Source of the DNA: the human T2T-CHM13v2.0 reference genome, Homo sapiens
DNA: 64,000 bases
NCBI RefSeq assembly: GCF_009914755.1
Contig: NC_060929.1
Strand: one strand, 5' to 3'
Of this stretch, positions 15,775 to 29,149 are shown piece after piece. Every line of letters starts with the position of its first letter. The stretch's first letter is position 1. Under the pieces are notes generated by a model. It had not been told where the DNA came from. It did no database searches and worked only from the letters and a program-made list of their open reading frames with translations. A program made the translations under genes and the position numbers.

Positions 15775-16000
15775 AAGTAGTGAAAGAATTCAAATTTGGG
15801 GCCAGACAGACATGTATCCAAATCTCTGTCTGCCACCTACAATCTGTGTGAATTTTAGCAAGTTATCTGTGCTTTCTGGGCACCACTTCCACCTCTATAA
15901 ATGGAGGAGGGAAGTGGGTGATAATACCTGCTGCAAAGAGTTGTAAGAAATAGTAAATCAACATATAAAGCACTAAGCCATTGGAACATAGTAGAGGTTT
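15775..16000 (+). mobile_element. MIR, near full length
   Basis: 'tttggggccagacagacatgtatccaaatctctgtctgccacctacaatctgtgtga...ctataaatgg'. Confidence 0.8.
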
Positions 16001-16989
16001 GATCACTGATATTAAAATGTTATGAAAAATGATGTGATTAACTCCTACCACTTCCAATATTACTAATGTGGAGATGGTTCCCAAATCTATATCTCTCTAT
16101 AATAATTACGAAGTTTTTTATGTTATCTATGCTTTACATTGCATCTTAAGTTTTTGCAATTTTGTCAAATCTGTTATAATAAGATGTTAGATCTTATTGA
16201 AACTGTGTTCTTATTATCCTTAAAAATATGGATGAAAGAGTGTATGTATAATATCTACATACAATCCATCACGATATAGATACAATGATAATGAAAGGAA
16301 AAATAATAGAAAGAGCATAATCCCCCAATTTTTATTATTGTTGTTTCAATTATATTGGTATTGCACTCTAAGACTGTTGTGTGTAAAATGTGGGATAATG
16401 TATATGAGTAATTATGTCATATTCTAACATTTGTGTGTAATTGGACACCAGAATTTTCAGTAAGGAAAAAAGAAAATACAAAAGTAAAACACAAGATATA
16501 AAGTGAAAAATTCTATGGAATTTGAAGTAACAGATGAAATAAATAAAATATTTTATCTTTAGATAATATAAAAATATACATGTAATACTTACACCTAGAA
16601 CATTTTAATATATGTGAGGTGATTGAATTTGCATATATGTGTATGTAGACTATAAACACGCTAAAATAAATATACGTCCAATCTCTGCCTTACTCATTTT
16701 TATAAAGAATACAGTTGTTTCTACAGTTTCTTAGATGATTAATGATGGGGGATTGGACCCTTCTCTTCAGTGATTCTCAAAAATATATTTGACATTGAGA
16801 GTTTCTTGTCCACATGCCTCTGATTGTACATATTCTACTGGTTGCAAGAAAGGGAAAAAATATGAGGACTTAGGTGGAGAAGAACTGTTAAAATAAGACC
16901 AAAAAAAGTTTTTTTTGTTTGTCTTCATGGATACCATTTCTACTTACCATTCCATTCCATTGCCATTGTTAATGTGTATTTATTGACTG

Positions 16990-17122
16990 GAGCACACATG
17001 TAAAATCAGGCTCTTTTGTAAACAAGCTTGCCTGTGTAGAGTTAACCTTGTTTGGGGAAGCTATTTAGAGTGTTGGGTTGATTGCTCAAAAACAAAACAA
17101 CCTATTCAAGTGGAAAGATGTT
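16990..17122. repeat. Copy B of the diverged direct repeat (partner at 15083-15218)
   Basis: Manual alignment as for copy A. Confidence 0.85.
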
Positions 17123-17325
17123 CAGTAGTGATATAAACATTTATACGCTTCTACCACAGATAGATGAGAAACATATAACTAGATGTAATTGGATACATTT
17201 AGAAATATTAACTGCTGCTAAGCTTGGTGCATCCCCAAACTTTAAGCATGATGGTTTTGTTTTTGTTTTTGTTTTTCTAAATCACATTGAATTCTATTTT
17301 GTAGTAACACACTTCCGTGGGCTGA

Positions 17326-17708
<383 letters not shown>

Positions 17709-19389
17709 TTCTAGCAGTATTTCTGATAAATGATTCTATCTCTTCAACCTGCTTATTTGTTAAGAGGTAATTAAGGCACATCATATATATGTTTTTTCCA
17801 GATTTTGAACCAATAAGAAGCCATGTGTCATCCCCTCTTCCAAATTACTCTTCATAATCTCTCCCATTTAGCTGAAGCAAAAGAAACAGTTTGCTTACAA
17901 CCTGAAACTTCTGAGAACAACTTTTGTCTTTGGGGCTCCACAAAGTTTTCCCATACTGCCTCCTGGCTTTTGCATTTTTCTATTTCTTTGTAAGAAAAAA
18001 TTTTATTTTCTTTTCTGCTTGAAATATCTCTAGCCATTGATGCAGATTAGGTGGTCTTTGAAATTTCAAAACACTAACACTTCTATTAATCACAGATTAA
18101 ACTTTTCAAAACAAACTTTCCTAATTAGAGAACTCATCAAAAATGTAAGTCAATTTATTAAAAACATATTTTTACCAATAATAGGAAAAAATATTTTCCA
18201 GATTTTCTATAAGAAGACTCAATTGAGTTTCCTCATATTACTTCTGGGGTCATGATTTTACTCAAATATTGGGGTCTCTATTGTACAGATTTTGAGGGAC
18301 CACCTCTGTTTCTTACAGAAATATCTCAAAATGATTTTGATACATTTAAAAACTCTTGAAATGGTTCTTCAGAAAGCATCTGTCTATTTTATTAACAAAA
18401 TAAGAGTGGGAGCATTGTTGGCTGAGGTAACACACAGGAAGTGTTTAAGAGAAGAAGAGAGAAATAAGGCATCTAAAATTAACACCCATATTAAGGGGGA
18501 AGCAGAAAAAAAGAAACCAAGGAAGGAGAATAAAAATAACTAGCAATGTAGACTTGTAAGAAGAACAAGAAGTGCATCTTAGAAAGAGAGAAAAATTTTA
18601 CTAAGTCATATGCCTCCCCTTTTTAAAAATAACTTTCTTGAAATACATTTCAGAGTCATATGGATTTGACTATATTTCCTGCCAAAGTGGGAAACTGGTC
18701 TCTAAAAGAAGTAACAGAGCAGCAAGTCACCCTGAGTGTTATGTGCATTTAGATGGAAATCTGCGACACCCCGGCAAAATAAAGACCAAGGTAGCAAACG
18801 GTCTTATTTCATGAAAGGTGCTATGAATAGAAAATTGAATATCTATGAAGACCTGTGTTTTATTGAAGAATTTATATTAAAGATGACATGACACCTCCTT
18901 TGAACCACAATATCAACATAGATATAAGAAGTTTACAAAAATTACTTTTTTAAAAAATTAGGTAAGTTTCTACAGTTTTCTTTTGCTATTTCAGCTTAGG
19001 AGCTTCTGAAAGAAACACCTCTCTTCATAATTTCCCTCATTCTTGTGCAATGTAATCTCCATTTTAAATAAATAACCTCATTCACACGTACACACTCCAA
19101 CAATACCCAGACTCATCTATCTAGAATTTCTTGTCCCCAGAATGTTCTAGGACTGAGATCTCTCTCAAGTCCTCTTGAGAGTAGAACATAGATTGACTTT
19201 TTGTCCTTCACCTCACTGCTGCAAGATCTGAGGCTAGAGCTACTTGATGAGAAGCAGTGGGGATGGCCGGTCCATAGGAGTAAATATTTTCATCACAATT
19301 GAAAGTGGATAATAAAGTAGGAACAGAGCAACAACGTGGAAAACACAGGAGAAATAGACTCTAGACCCCTACCATAAATCTAAGAGTAA

Positions 19390-19625
19390 TTCATATGTTT
19401 ATGTGTTTCGAATGTACTAGGAACTTTTCTAAATTGTTAATGTGTATATATTGAGTGAATCCTCCCCAAACCCTGTGGAGTAGGAAGTAAAATATTTCCC
19501 ACTTTACAGATGAGAAAACCATGGCACAGACAATGTAAGTAGCTTGCCAAGGTCACACAGATTGGCCAACTCATACCTAGGCATTCTAATTCTAGAGATC
19601 ACCCTCCTAACCATGACAATGTATT
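19390..19625 (-). mobile_element. MIR
   Basis: 'cccactttacagatgagaaaaccatggcacagac...cttgccaaggtcacacag'. Confidence 0.85.
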
Positions 19626-20760
19626 ATCTCCCAGGAGATGGGAAATATTTTGGCCTCCACAGGATAGTTTCAGGAGTTGGCTGTGACTCAGGGGAGTTAC
19701 TGACTCCTCCTCTTATTGATGTTCTTCTGGCCTCTGAAATACCTGAGAATGAGCCACTACAAGAACTGGATCTGGTTCAGGTGTGTAATCACACAAACAT
19801 ATACATGATTGATATTATACCGCTTTGTACCAACTACTATTTTAATTCATTAATTCAACAGGGAAAGCAGGTTGATGACAAAGCACACCTAGACATTTTT
19901 ACTCTGGAATTTTAATAAGAAAAAGTTACAGTAAATTATATGAGAATGTTGTGGCCATGTTGATGAATCCCTGACAGCTTCTCAGTAAGCCAGCTTCCAA
20001 TTCGGTGGTCTTGCTGACAAGTTCAGAGGTGATTTTCTGCTGATAAGTACTAGTAGAGTTCTTCCAGTTAATTTGGGCACCATCCGATTTTGACTGGTCA
20101 GTGCCTATTCCATACCACTTAAAACTTTGACCCCTTCATCACATCACTAGTGTTTTCCAACACACTCTTCACTCCTCCCTTTCCACACCCACACCTGTAG
20201 ATGGGGCGGCAGATTATAGCCAGAAGTAAAAGTGAGAGAGTTGCTAGATGCGTTTGATTCCTCAAAATGAACAAGGCCAAATGGACTTTGTTTCCAGTGC
20301 AGAAACCAAAATACAGATGATGAAGGCACAATATGTGTGCTCAATTTAACTTGTTCAGGAACTTCTCTGAACTGATGTCTTCCAAAATTGTATCTTTCCC
20401 AAAATATAGAATGACTACAAACTCCTCTCTAGGACCTCACCTTGAGTTTCATAGTATTGGAGAGCATATTTTGAAAATTTCAGGGTATAGAGAAATCATT
20501 CCAAGATTTCACACTGTCCTCAACTCTTTCAAAGATTATGCCTTAAAAGAATAGCCCTACAGTGGGGCAAAGAAAGGCATGGTTTTCTCTCATTTTCTCT
20601 AGTGTCTCTACATTCACACCAACCCAGGTATCTTTCATTTGAAATTTCTCTGAGCTTCTTTATGTCCTTAGAATTTTTGCATCTGGCCATTTGGCCATTG
20701 TTTTCAACTCCTATCACTGGAAAACTCTAAATTCCTGACCAAGGCATTTATGGCTTAAAT

Positions 20761-21087
20761 CAGCCATCCCCAACCTTTTTGGCATGAGGGACCAGTTTCA
20801 CGGAAGACAATTTTTCCATGGATGGTGGAAGGGGGATGGTTTCAGGATGAAACTGTCCCACCACAGATCATCAGGTATTAGATTCTCATAAGGAGTGCAA
20901 AACCTAGATCCCTCACATGCACAGTTCACAATAGGGTTCATGCTCCCATGAGAATCTAATGCTGCTGATGATCTGACAGGAGGCGGTAATGCTCGCTCAA
21001 CTGCCACTCACCTCCTGCTGTGGAGCCCACTTTCCTAACAGGCCATAGACTGGTACTGGTCCGGGGTCCACGGGTTAGAGACCCCTG
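20761..21087 (+). mobile_element. MER1B hAT-Charlie element, complete
   Basis: TIR ends 'cag...ccccaacc' and 'ggttagagacccctg'; 8-bp TSD gcttaaat/gctaaaat. Confidence 0.9.
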
Positions 21088-22306
21088 GCTAAAATAATCT
21101 CCTTATCTTTCTTTTTGCATGGTTTTCTCATTTCTTTCTTGTTTCCTTTGATTTTACATTCTGTTTCAATTCTTGTTACTCATTCTGTCTATATAACTGA
21201 TTCTAATTCTTCACAGCAGATTTTCTTCATTTTCATTTCACTTTGGAGCAATGTAATTTAGATGCTATGAACTTGTCTTTACTTCAATACAGAGTGTCCT
21301 ATAAATAAGACCAAATTAGAGCATTAACATCAAATAAATATACATATATTGTAAATAACTGAAAATTTTAAGCAGTCAGTAAGACATGGGAGGCAGCTCC
21401 ATCCTTTAATAGAAAGTAATTTTTCTCCTTACCTCTAATGTCGCCATCTGTGCTTCTATTTTCAATACCTGTTTTAAGGCAGTATTATGCTGTTCTTTGG
21501 CTAAAAGACAGGAATGACCTGGAACAAGTGGTTAGCACTAGCCCTGCAGTGGTTACATCGAAGGTAACAGACCTGGACAGCACTACCCTTTATATGGTGA
21601 AATTTAAGTTTTGTTTCCTCTAAATTTTAGATAGAAAGTTGCTAGAACTCAAATTTCAGTTTCTGTTTTAAAAACAAAACACAATTTCAAAAACAGCAAA
21701 AAAGAAAGACATACATCTATATGATTATACAAAATAGAGAACTTCATGTTAACCATATAGCTAACTTTTTGGAGGCCACTGATATGTACCAAGGCACTCT
21801 CAATTATGTATTAGCAATGTAATACCAACATATGCGTTATGCCTGATTATGGCTTATGTTTTATTGTTATTCTCATTACCACTGTTTTAATTTTCTCCTT
21901 ATAATAAGGTTTTCATTTTTATATCAGATGCTGAAAACTATATCTGATTGCCTCAAATAGTTATGTTATTTTTATAATGTATTTTAGTTATGTTTTATTA
22001 AACCTTTTGACTATTTCATAGACTACACACCTAAAGAAGACCTGCAACTAAATAATAATTTACTACACAGTATAAAAAATGCAAAGGTAAATATTTCTAT
22101 TCGTATACCCTCCAAACTAATGAAGTTACCTATTTACACATGTCTACATGTAGCCAAAATGTAAAAAAAAAAAATCTGTAACTTTCAAGGAGCATTTTCA
22201 AACTAGAATTCTTGAATCCAAAGAATGACTCTCTGGTATGACCATTCACCTGCCAGACATTTTCCTTGTCTTAAAGTTTTTGGCTTGGATAAGTTGAGGA
22301 AAAGAG

Positions 22307-22683
22307 CATATATACACCATGGAATACTATGCAGCCATAAAAAATGATGAGTTCATGTCCTTTGTAGGGACATGGATGAAGCTGGAAACCATCATTCTCA
22401 GCAAACTATTGCAAGGACAAAAAACCAAACACCGCATGTTCTCACTCATAGGTGGGAATTGAACAATGAGAACACATGGACACAGGAAGGGGAACATCAC
22501 ACACCGGGGACTGTTGTGGGGTGGGGGGAGGAGGGAGGGATAGCATTAGGAGATACACCTAATGCTAAATGACGAGTTAATGGGTGCAGCACACCAACAT
22601 GGCACATGTATACATATGTAACAAACCTGCACGTTGTGCACATGTACCCTAAAACTTAAAGGATAATAATAATTAAAAAAAAG
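22307..22683 (+). mobile_element. 5'-truncated L1PA (about PA3-5) 3' end
   Basis: Primate L1 ORF2 end and 3'UTR with 'ctaaatgacgagttaatgggtgcagcacaccaacatgg', polyA, approximate TSD gaggaa..agagca. Confidence 0.92.
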
Positions 22684-23134
22684 AGGAAGCAGAGCAGAAC
22701 TTCCACAATAGAGAAAATAATTCAATTCTATTATTTCATAGAATGGAGTCATTTAAAAGTTTGATTGTGATAAATATTTTTGAAAGATGTTACTTTAAAA
22801 AGAAGAAAAAAGGAAAATAACGAGAAAAGAAGAAGGAGAAGAGGTGGAGGAGGAGGAATAGGAGAGTAGTAAATAATTATTTAGGGCATTCATCCTCTTC
22901 ATGTGATATAATTGAAAGTTTAAACTGTGCAAATATTTGGTTTATAACTACACAAAAGGTAAAAGATTAGTATAATCTTCCCCAAAGTTAAAGGATACTC
23001 TGTAACCTTGAAAAAGAAAAAGAAGTATGCATTGATGGTTTCATCCTTCCTTTTTAATGGTAAAACTTTATCTTTCTGGTTTAAGATATTTGGTGTAATG
23101 ATTTTGAATTCCTAAAAATGCTATATCATTTAAC

Positions 23135-23500
23135 TTCCCTGAGGCTATTGTTACAGTAACATCAATAGCAACACCACCACCACCACCACACACATAACCC
23201 CACAAATTGACGATGGTTTCCAGTAACGAAAGTTTAATTCTCGCTCATATAAATAAACAAATGTTATTGTCTTTGGCGGGAAGAGTCAAGTGGAGACCTG
23301 TCCCACATCCAGGCTGAAGGAGCAAATGGGCTGGGACACTGTCATCTCCATGATAGAGAAGAGATGGCAGTACCACTCGTGGCTTTTGAACTTTTTTGTT
23401 GAAATGGGTATACATCACTACTAATCACAATTCACTGGCTAACCAAGACACATGGCAAGGTTGCAATCTCTGGGAAAGTAAAATCCTCTCATTAAAGGAA
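23135..23500 (-). mobile_element. Old MLT1 (J/K/L-like) LTR
   Basis: 'caggctgaaggagca' and 'acatcactactaatcacaattcactggctaaccaagacacatggc'. Confidence 0.55.
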
Positions 23501-23582
23501 GAAAAATGAAAATCACATGATCGTGCCTGATTATGGAGGAGGTGGAGAATCTTTCATAGGCAAGAAACATTTGGAAGTTGTA

Positions 23583-24027
23583 CAGAGATGCTCTTCAACT
23601 TACGATGGGGTATACATCCTGATAAACCCATTGTAAGTTGAAAATATAAGCCAAAAGTGCACGGAATACACCTAATTTACTGAACATCTTAGATTAGGCT
23701 AACCCACCTTAAGTTGAAAATATCGTAAGTCAAAAGAGCACAGAATACACCTAATTTACTGAACATCATAGATTAGGCTAGCCTACCTTAAATGTGTGCA
23801 GAACACTTACATTCTCCTACAACTGGGCAAAAGCACCTGGCAACTCAGTATACTGTAGAGCATTGTTCATCCTGGTGATCCCGTTGTTGACTATGAGCTA
23901 TAGCTCACAGCCTCTGCCCAGCATTGCTGGAGAGGATTGTCTTGTTTTCTACTGAGTGCAGATTGCTTTTGCATGTCCTAAAGTCAAGAAATTATAAGTC
24001 AAACCACAGTAAGTTAGGAACTGCCTG
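23583..24027 (+). mobile_element. MER47B (Tigger-derived) with an internal duplication
   Basis: 'cag...atgctcttcaacttacgatgggg' to 'taagttaggaactgcctg', flanked by TA on both sides. Confidence 0.85.
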
Positions 24028-26521
24028 TAATGTAATCAACCACAAATACCTAAGCAATTAGAATTAGGACTAGTAGTTTGCAATCAAGAACAAGAATTAG
24101 TGGTTTCCTTTTTAAATGAATATGTCAAAATTGAAATTTGCCACTAAATCAGCATTTTAAAAGTCACTGCCCTTAGATATTCCATTCGAAATTTAGAACT
24201 TTAATATTTAAAAAGCATGGAGCCATTTGGTGATTGTCTTCTCCAGAACATTTAAATTCCTCCAGCATCAAAGAGTGTTATTTCCATACTTTAAAAGCAA
24301 CTTCATGCTTTTCTATATGGAATTCACTTTCAAACAAGAATATTTATTCTCCCCTGTTGCCAGGACCATAAGGTGAAAAGTGCTTCTCAGTAGTTGTCTC
24401 ACCACTAATGGGAATTTTTAATCAAGAAATATTGTCATGCTAATCTAAAAGACTTTAAGACCTCAGTGTCACTGAAGCCTGAAATATCCCTGCATTTCCA
24501 CATACAGAAATCTCTGAATAATGCAGTCCATCCCTAAAGAGGTATTATGCAAATGAATGAATTTAGTTAATATGTACTGTAAACAGATCACTTCTTCTAT
24601 ATTCCTTTCTAAATCACAGCAGAGATTAAAGCTGTAATACTCTTATTACCTAACAAAATAGCTAAACATTTAAAGTAGATCTGCAAAGAGCTTCAAGACC
24701 AAGATAACAGCCCCTTGAATTTGGATTGGGCTTTTCTTCCAAAGGTCGTAGCATCTTCTTACATGCTTTGTCCCAAACCCCAAGAAGGAACATTTCTCTT
24801 AGAAATGTAAGTTACACTGGCTTTCTCTGGCCACTAAGAGACTAGTATATATCTTACATTCCCCTATTACCAAATTCCCATCCAGTACTCACTGACAAAT
24901 GCAACATTGCCAATCTTACATAACATACAAATGGGAAAAAAATCAAACTCAAGATGCAGAAGCGTTAGTAGAATGTCGTTGATTGTTTACTTCCAATTTA
25001 GTGTCCTCTCAGTGAGCTAATGTCAATCTCTATTAGAACTCCTCCCTGCCACATTGACCGATTTCAGCACTAGTAAATGATTTCAGATGAGAATGAAAAC
25101 TGAATAATGATCTTTTCATTTGTCTTTCCAACCTTTATTGAATTCAGACAATGAAGTAGAATGCTATGGCTTTGGCTATATAATTTTAAAGGGTTGATTT
25201 TTATGATGGTATTTTTGAGCCATGATAAAAGTTGGATGATACTGACAGCAAAGCTTTTCCTCTCAATTATGCAGAAGCCAATTGATCAAACAGTGCTGGT
25301 TTCATTAAACATGCCCAGCATCCCCTTGGGATGGTGTATTGTCTGCCAGAGAACTTTCCATCTATTTCAAAGACATAAAAACAGAGCATGGATAAATGAT
25401 AACTTTTAAATCAGCAAATTTGCTTTCACTTTTCTGTTTTTAATTTGCTATCAAATTGAGGCTGTATATTCCTTTATTGTTCAAAAACAGAGAGAACAAA
25501 AGAAACTCCAGTCCAGTTTTGTAGTTGAAGCAGAAAAGTTCTGCAACCTCACACAGGGGAAAGAGGCGAGGGAACAGATAAATCTACACTGGTCACTCTC
25601 AAGGAAAGGGAGACTCAATCACATACATCACAGCTTCCTTAGAGAGGAAAATAGGCCTCAGTGCAGCACTGAAAGGCAAGTTTTAACAGTGAAGAAAATT
25701 ATTGGCTCAGAGTAGTGTAGCAGGCTGTAAGAAAATGTTGTCAGAGGGTGTTCCGTGTTCTTACTAATGGCCATTTTGATTTGCCATTGGTACATAATAG
25801 ATGATTGTCCTTGAGGTGTGAAGAGGCCTGTAATGTTCAGAGTGGTAAAAAGACTTCCAGCACCCAGCATTCTCTAAGGCAGCTAGACCAGATATATGAG
25901 TGTCAGGAGAAAAACAGAATGTACTAGGAAATCTGAGATACAGCCTATGTATTCATCAGGTTTTCAAATGCCTATTTCACTTGTTCTTTGTCCTTTTTCA
26001 ATGACACTTTTCTATTTCATTTCTGCTGTTTTGCATATCTCTTTTTTATTTTAATAAAATTATTTCTATTTTCATTCCTGTTTTCTTATATTGATGCTTC
26101 AATTTTCTCTAGTCTTTTTCCTTTTTTTGTCCTTTGTGATAAAAAGGAAAAAGGGCATCATTCTTTTTGTTTCCTACTGCTGTTTGTAACCTTTAACTTT
26201 ATACAGAAACCTAGGGTTGTCTAAGTAATTATGGGATTTATAACAAGAGTGAAAACAATCAAATTGATTTTAAAAGATATGTTTCCATTTTCATCAACAT
26301 GTATCAATTTTTCCCAAAGAAATATGTCATGATTAAGGCTGTTAATATTTTCAGAAGGTCCTTGTTGTGGTTTACAAAATAACGTTGTTATTCTGTGTTT
26401 TACTTTCTAAAATATTTTCACTGCATTTATTGATGGGCAATAAATAGAAATCATGGTAAAATTTTAAAGTATAGAGCCATTGAAATAAGAATATGATTAC
26501 CACAATAAAAACCAAACTCCC

Positions 26522-26996
26522 TGTAGTGGAGTAGAATGGAAGTTCATCAAACTATATGTTCATATGCTAATCCCCAAATTGACGAATGTTTTCCTATTTG
26601 GAAAAAAAGGGGTATTTCCAGGAACAATTAAATTAAGGATCTTGAGATGAAAAGGAGATCATCTTGGATTATGCAGGTAGACCTGAAATGTGATGACAAG
26701 TGTCTTTATAGGAAACACACAGAAGAGGAGAAAACATACGCACAGAGGCGGTGTGAAGACAGAGGCAGAGATTGGAATGACATGGCCATAAGCCAAGGAA
26801 GCCAGGGGACATCAACAGCCACCAAATGCCGGAGGAGGCAAGCAAAAGTTCTTCCCGAGAATCTCCAGATAGCAAGCCCCGGCTGACACCTTGATTTTGG
26901 ACGTATGATCTTCAAAACTGTGAGAGAACAATTTTTGTTGTTTTTAGCCATCCAGTTTATAGAAATTTATTACAGCAATTGTAGGACACTAATGCA
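26522..26996 (+). mobile_element. MLT1B/C solo LTR
   Basis: 'ttaaggatcttgagatg...gatcatcttggattat', 'ggctgacaccttgattttggac', ends 'actaatgca'. Confidence 0.85.
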
Positions 26997-27059
26997 TTTT
27001 CCAACATATATATATATACATCTCTCTCCCTCAAAATCCTCTGTATGAATTGTTAAGAG

Positions 27060-27088
27060 ATACATATATATATGTATGTGTATATATA

Positions 27089-27123
<35 letters not shown>
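27060..27123. repeat. Compound (TA)n/(TG)n microsatellite
   Basis: Seen directly. Confidence 0.95.
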
Positions 27124-27689
27124 GGAGACCTTTTATAGACTGAAATAAGCATTCCATTTTATAGTTATTTATAAGCTTTTTCTCAAAGCACATTTGCAAC
27201 CACATCATTTCCTTTGATGCCATATATAAATTTTCTTCAAGTTCTATTTGCGATTATCTTGCCTTGTGGCAGCGAGCAAAATGGAGAATCAGGTCTCTGT
27301 GTGAGCGGCAAATTTCCAACAGAAGATGTTGTTCTAATCTCTCCTCAGAAATTAGAAATAAAATCCTATTGAGGATATTTGCATTCATTTTGGGTTTACT
27401 TCTGTTTACAAGTACGTAGATGAGTTAGAAAGAGATTAGTATGTTGGTTGTGATATATAATACAGTATATAATTCTTAATCACTGATTATGTTTAAAACA
27501 TTGATCCAATAAGTAAAACAAAGCATTTCAACTTTGTCCTTTGAGGTCTAACCCAACCCAAGTATTTCTTAATGCAGCCTGCCTGTCCTCAACATTCTTG
27601 ATCTTTCTTCCTACTCTATATTTCTTTCTTTTTCCATTTATCATCTATTATTTGTAGTATGTGTTTAATAATATTGATGATTTTGTTGT

Positions 27690-27850
27690 TGTTGTTGCTA
27701 ATTGTCTGATAACCCAGCTTGAACACAGCCTCCACGTGGTTAGGAATCTTGGTATGCTCTGTTCCCTTATGTATCCTAAGCACCTGGAACAACACATGGT
27801 CCATGCTCAATATGTACTCAATAAATGAATGTACTCAATAAATGAACAAT
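27690..27850 (+). mobile_element. L2 3' end with a 17-bp tandem duplication
   Basis: 'tgtatcctaagcacctggaacaa...ctcaataaatgaatg'; atgtactcaataaatga occurs twice at 27812-27845. Confidence 0.7.
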
Positions 27851-28311
27851 TAGAACCCCGGTTGCTCTCCTCTGCCAAGGTCTATGGGGAAATGAGATCA
27901 AACTAATGTGCTCGAAGGGAAGGAAAAATGAATAGAACAACTGCTTCTGAAGATCAAGAACATGGGAGAGGGCATAGGAGGGGAAATTAAAATTTGAGAT
28001 GGCTGTGACTGTTGTGAGGCCCATTGTTGTTACAATGATTCTGTTATTATAGTTCTCTCCTAAAAATGAGTTAAATATTAAAATATTGAGGGGTGAAGTA
28101 AAGTATAACCAAAAAAGGACTAGTAACCCTGTATTCAAAATCATCCACATCCATCCTTAAGATTATTAGAAAGCCAAGAGCAGGAAAGGAAATGGTCAAT
28201 TGTTTCTTTGCAGATTGTTGTTGTTCACAGTTCTACCTTTTCCCCTCATTGGGTTCTTCCCTTTTTTTGAAGTGCTCATTTGTGTTGAGTGATGAGTGAG
28301 ATATAAGACGG

Positions 28312-28670
28312 TGTCTTAGTTTGTTCTGGCTGCTGTAACAAAATACCATAAACTGGGTGGCTCATTAAAAAATATATGTATTTCTTACATATAGAGGCTG
28401 AGACATCCAATATCAAGGTAACAGCAGATTTGGTGCCTGGTGAGGACTTTCTGTTTCATAGATGGCACCTTCTTGCTATGACCTCACATAGTGGAAAGGG
28501 GAAGGCAGCTCTCTGGGGCCTCTTTTGTAAGGACACTAATGCCACTCATGAGGGCTACACCCTCACAACTCAATCACCTCCCAATGCCTGCCCTCCTAAT
28601 ATTACCACCTTGAAGGGTAGAATTTCAACATATAAATTTTGGGGGAATCATAAACACTCAGACCATAGTA
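28312..28670 (-). mobile_element. MLT1A/MSTD-type MaLR solo LTR
   Basis: 'tgtcttagtttgttctggctgctgtaacaaaataccataaactgggtggc' to 'cagaccatagta'. Confidence 0.85.
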
Positions 28671-28719
28671 GGAGGATTGAGGTGGTGTTATTTTTCTCAT
28701 TGCATTTCTAAAGACACAT

Positions 28720-28890
28720 TTGTTTTGTCTTTACAATAACTTTAGCAGAGGAAACAGATATTATTCCTATGTCACAGCTAATGAAGCTGAGGTTAGAACT
28801 ATTGAAGGACTTACACAAGTTTACATGTCTAGGTAATTTGGCAAAGGGTTTACGAATTTTTGATACTGACTTTTCAGTTCTTTGTCTCTC
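28720..28890 (-). mobile_element. MIR
   Basis: 'tattattcctatgtcacagctaatgaagctgagg'. Confidence 0.6.
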
Positions 28891-28994
28891 TAGTAATCTC
28901 TTTTTCACATCTGTTTTCTAGCTCACTAATTCTGTGAAATAGATTCTATCCTTTCATTTATCCATATATTTTTTTTATTTAAACAAGTAAAGAA

Positions 28995-29140
28995 TTTCAG
29001 ATCAGAATTTGAAATCAGTACTCGCAGGTTAAAATTTATGTCTGCCACCTAATCATTATATGATTTTGAGAAAATTACTCAAGATCTCTGACACTCCTTT
29101 TACATGTCTGCAGAATATGAACAATAGATTGTCATACATT
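28995..29140 (+). mobile_element. MIR 5' part; its 3' part probably resumes at ~30085-30200
   Basis: 'tctgccacctaatcattatatgattttgagaaaattactcaagatctctga'. Confidence 0.55.
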
Positions 29141-29149
29141 ATTATTATT

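Noticed and set aside
19544-19915. 123-aa ORF with a possible cag|gtgtgt donor near 19780
   Set aside because: Begins inside a MIR, has no recognisable homology and no supporting exon chain.
22372-22572. Near-identical 66-aa ORFs at 22372 and 58731
   Set aside because: Both are off-frame reads of L1PA 3' ends, not a duplicated gene.
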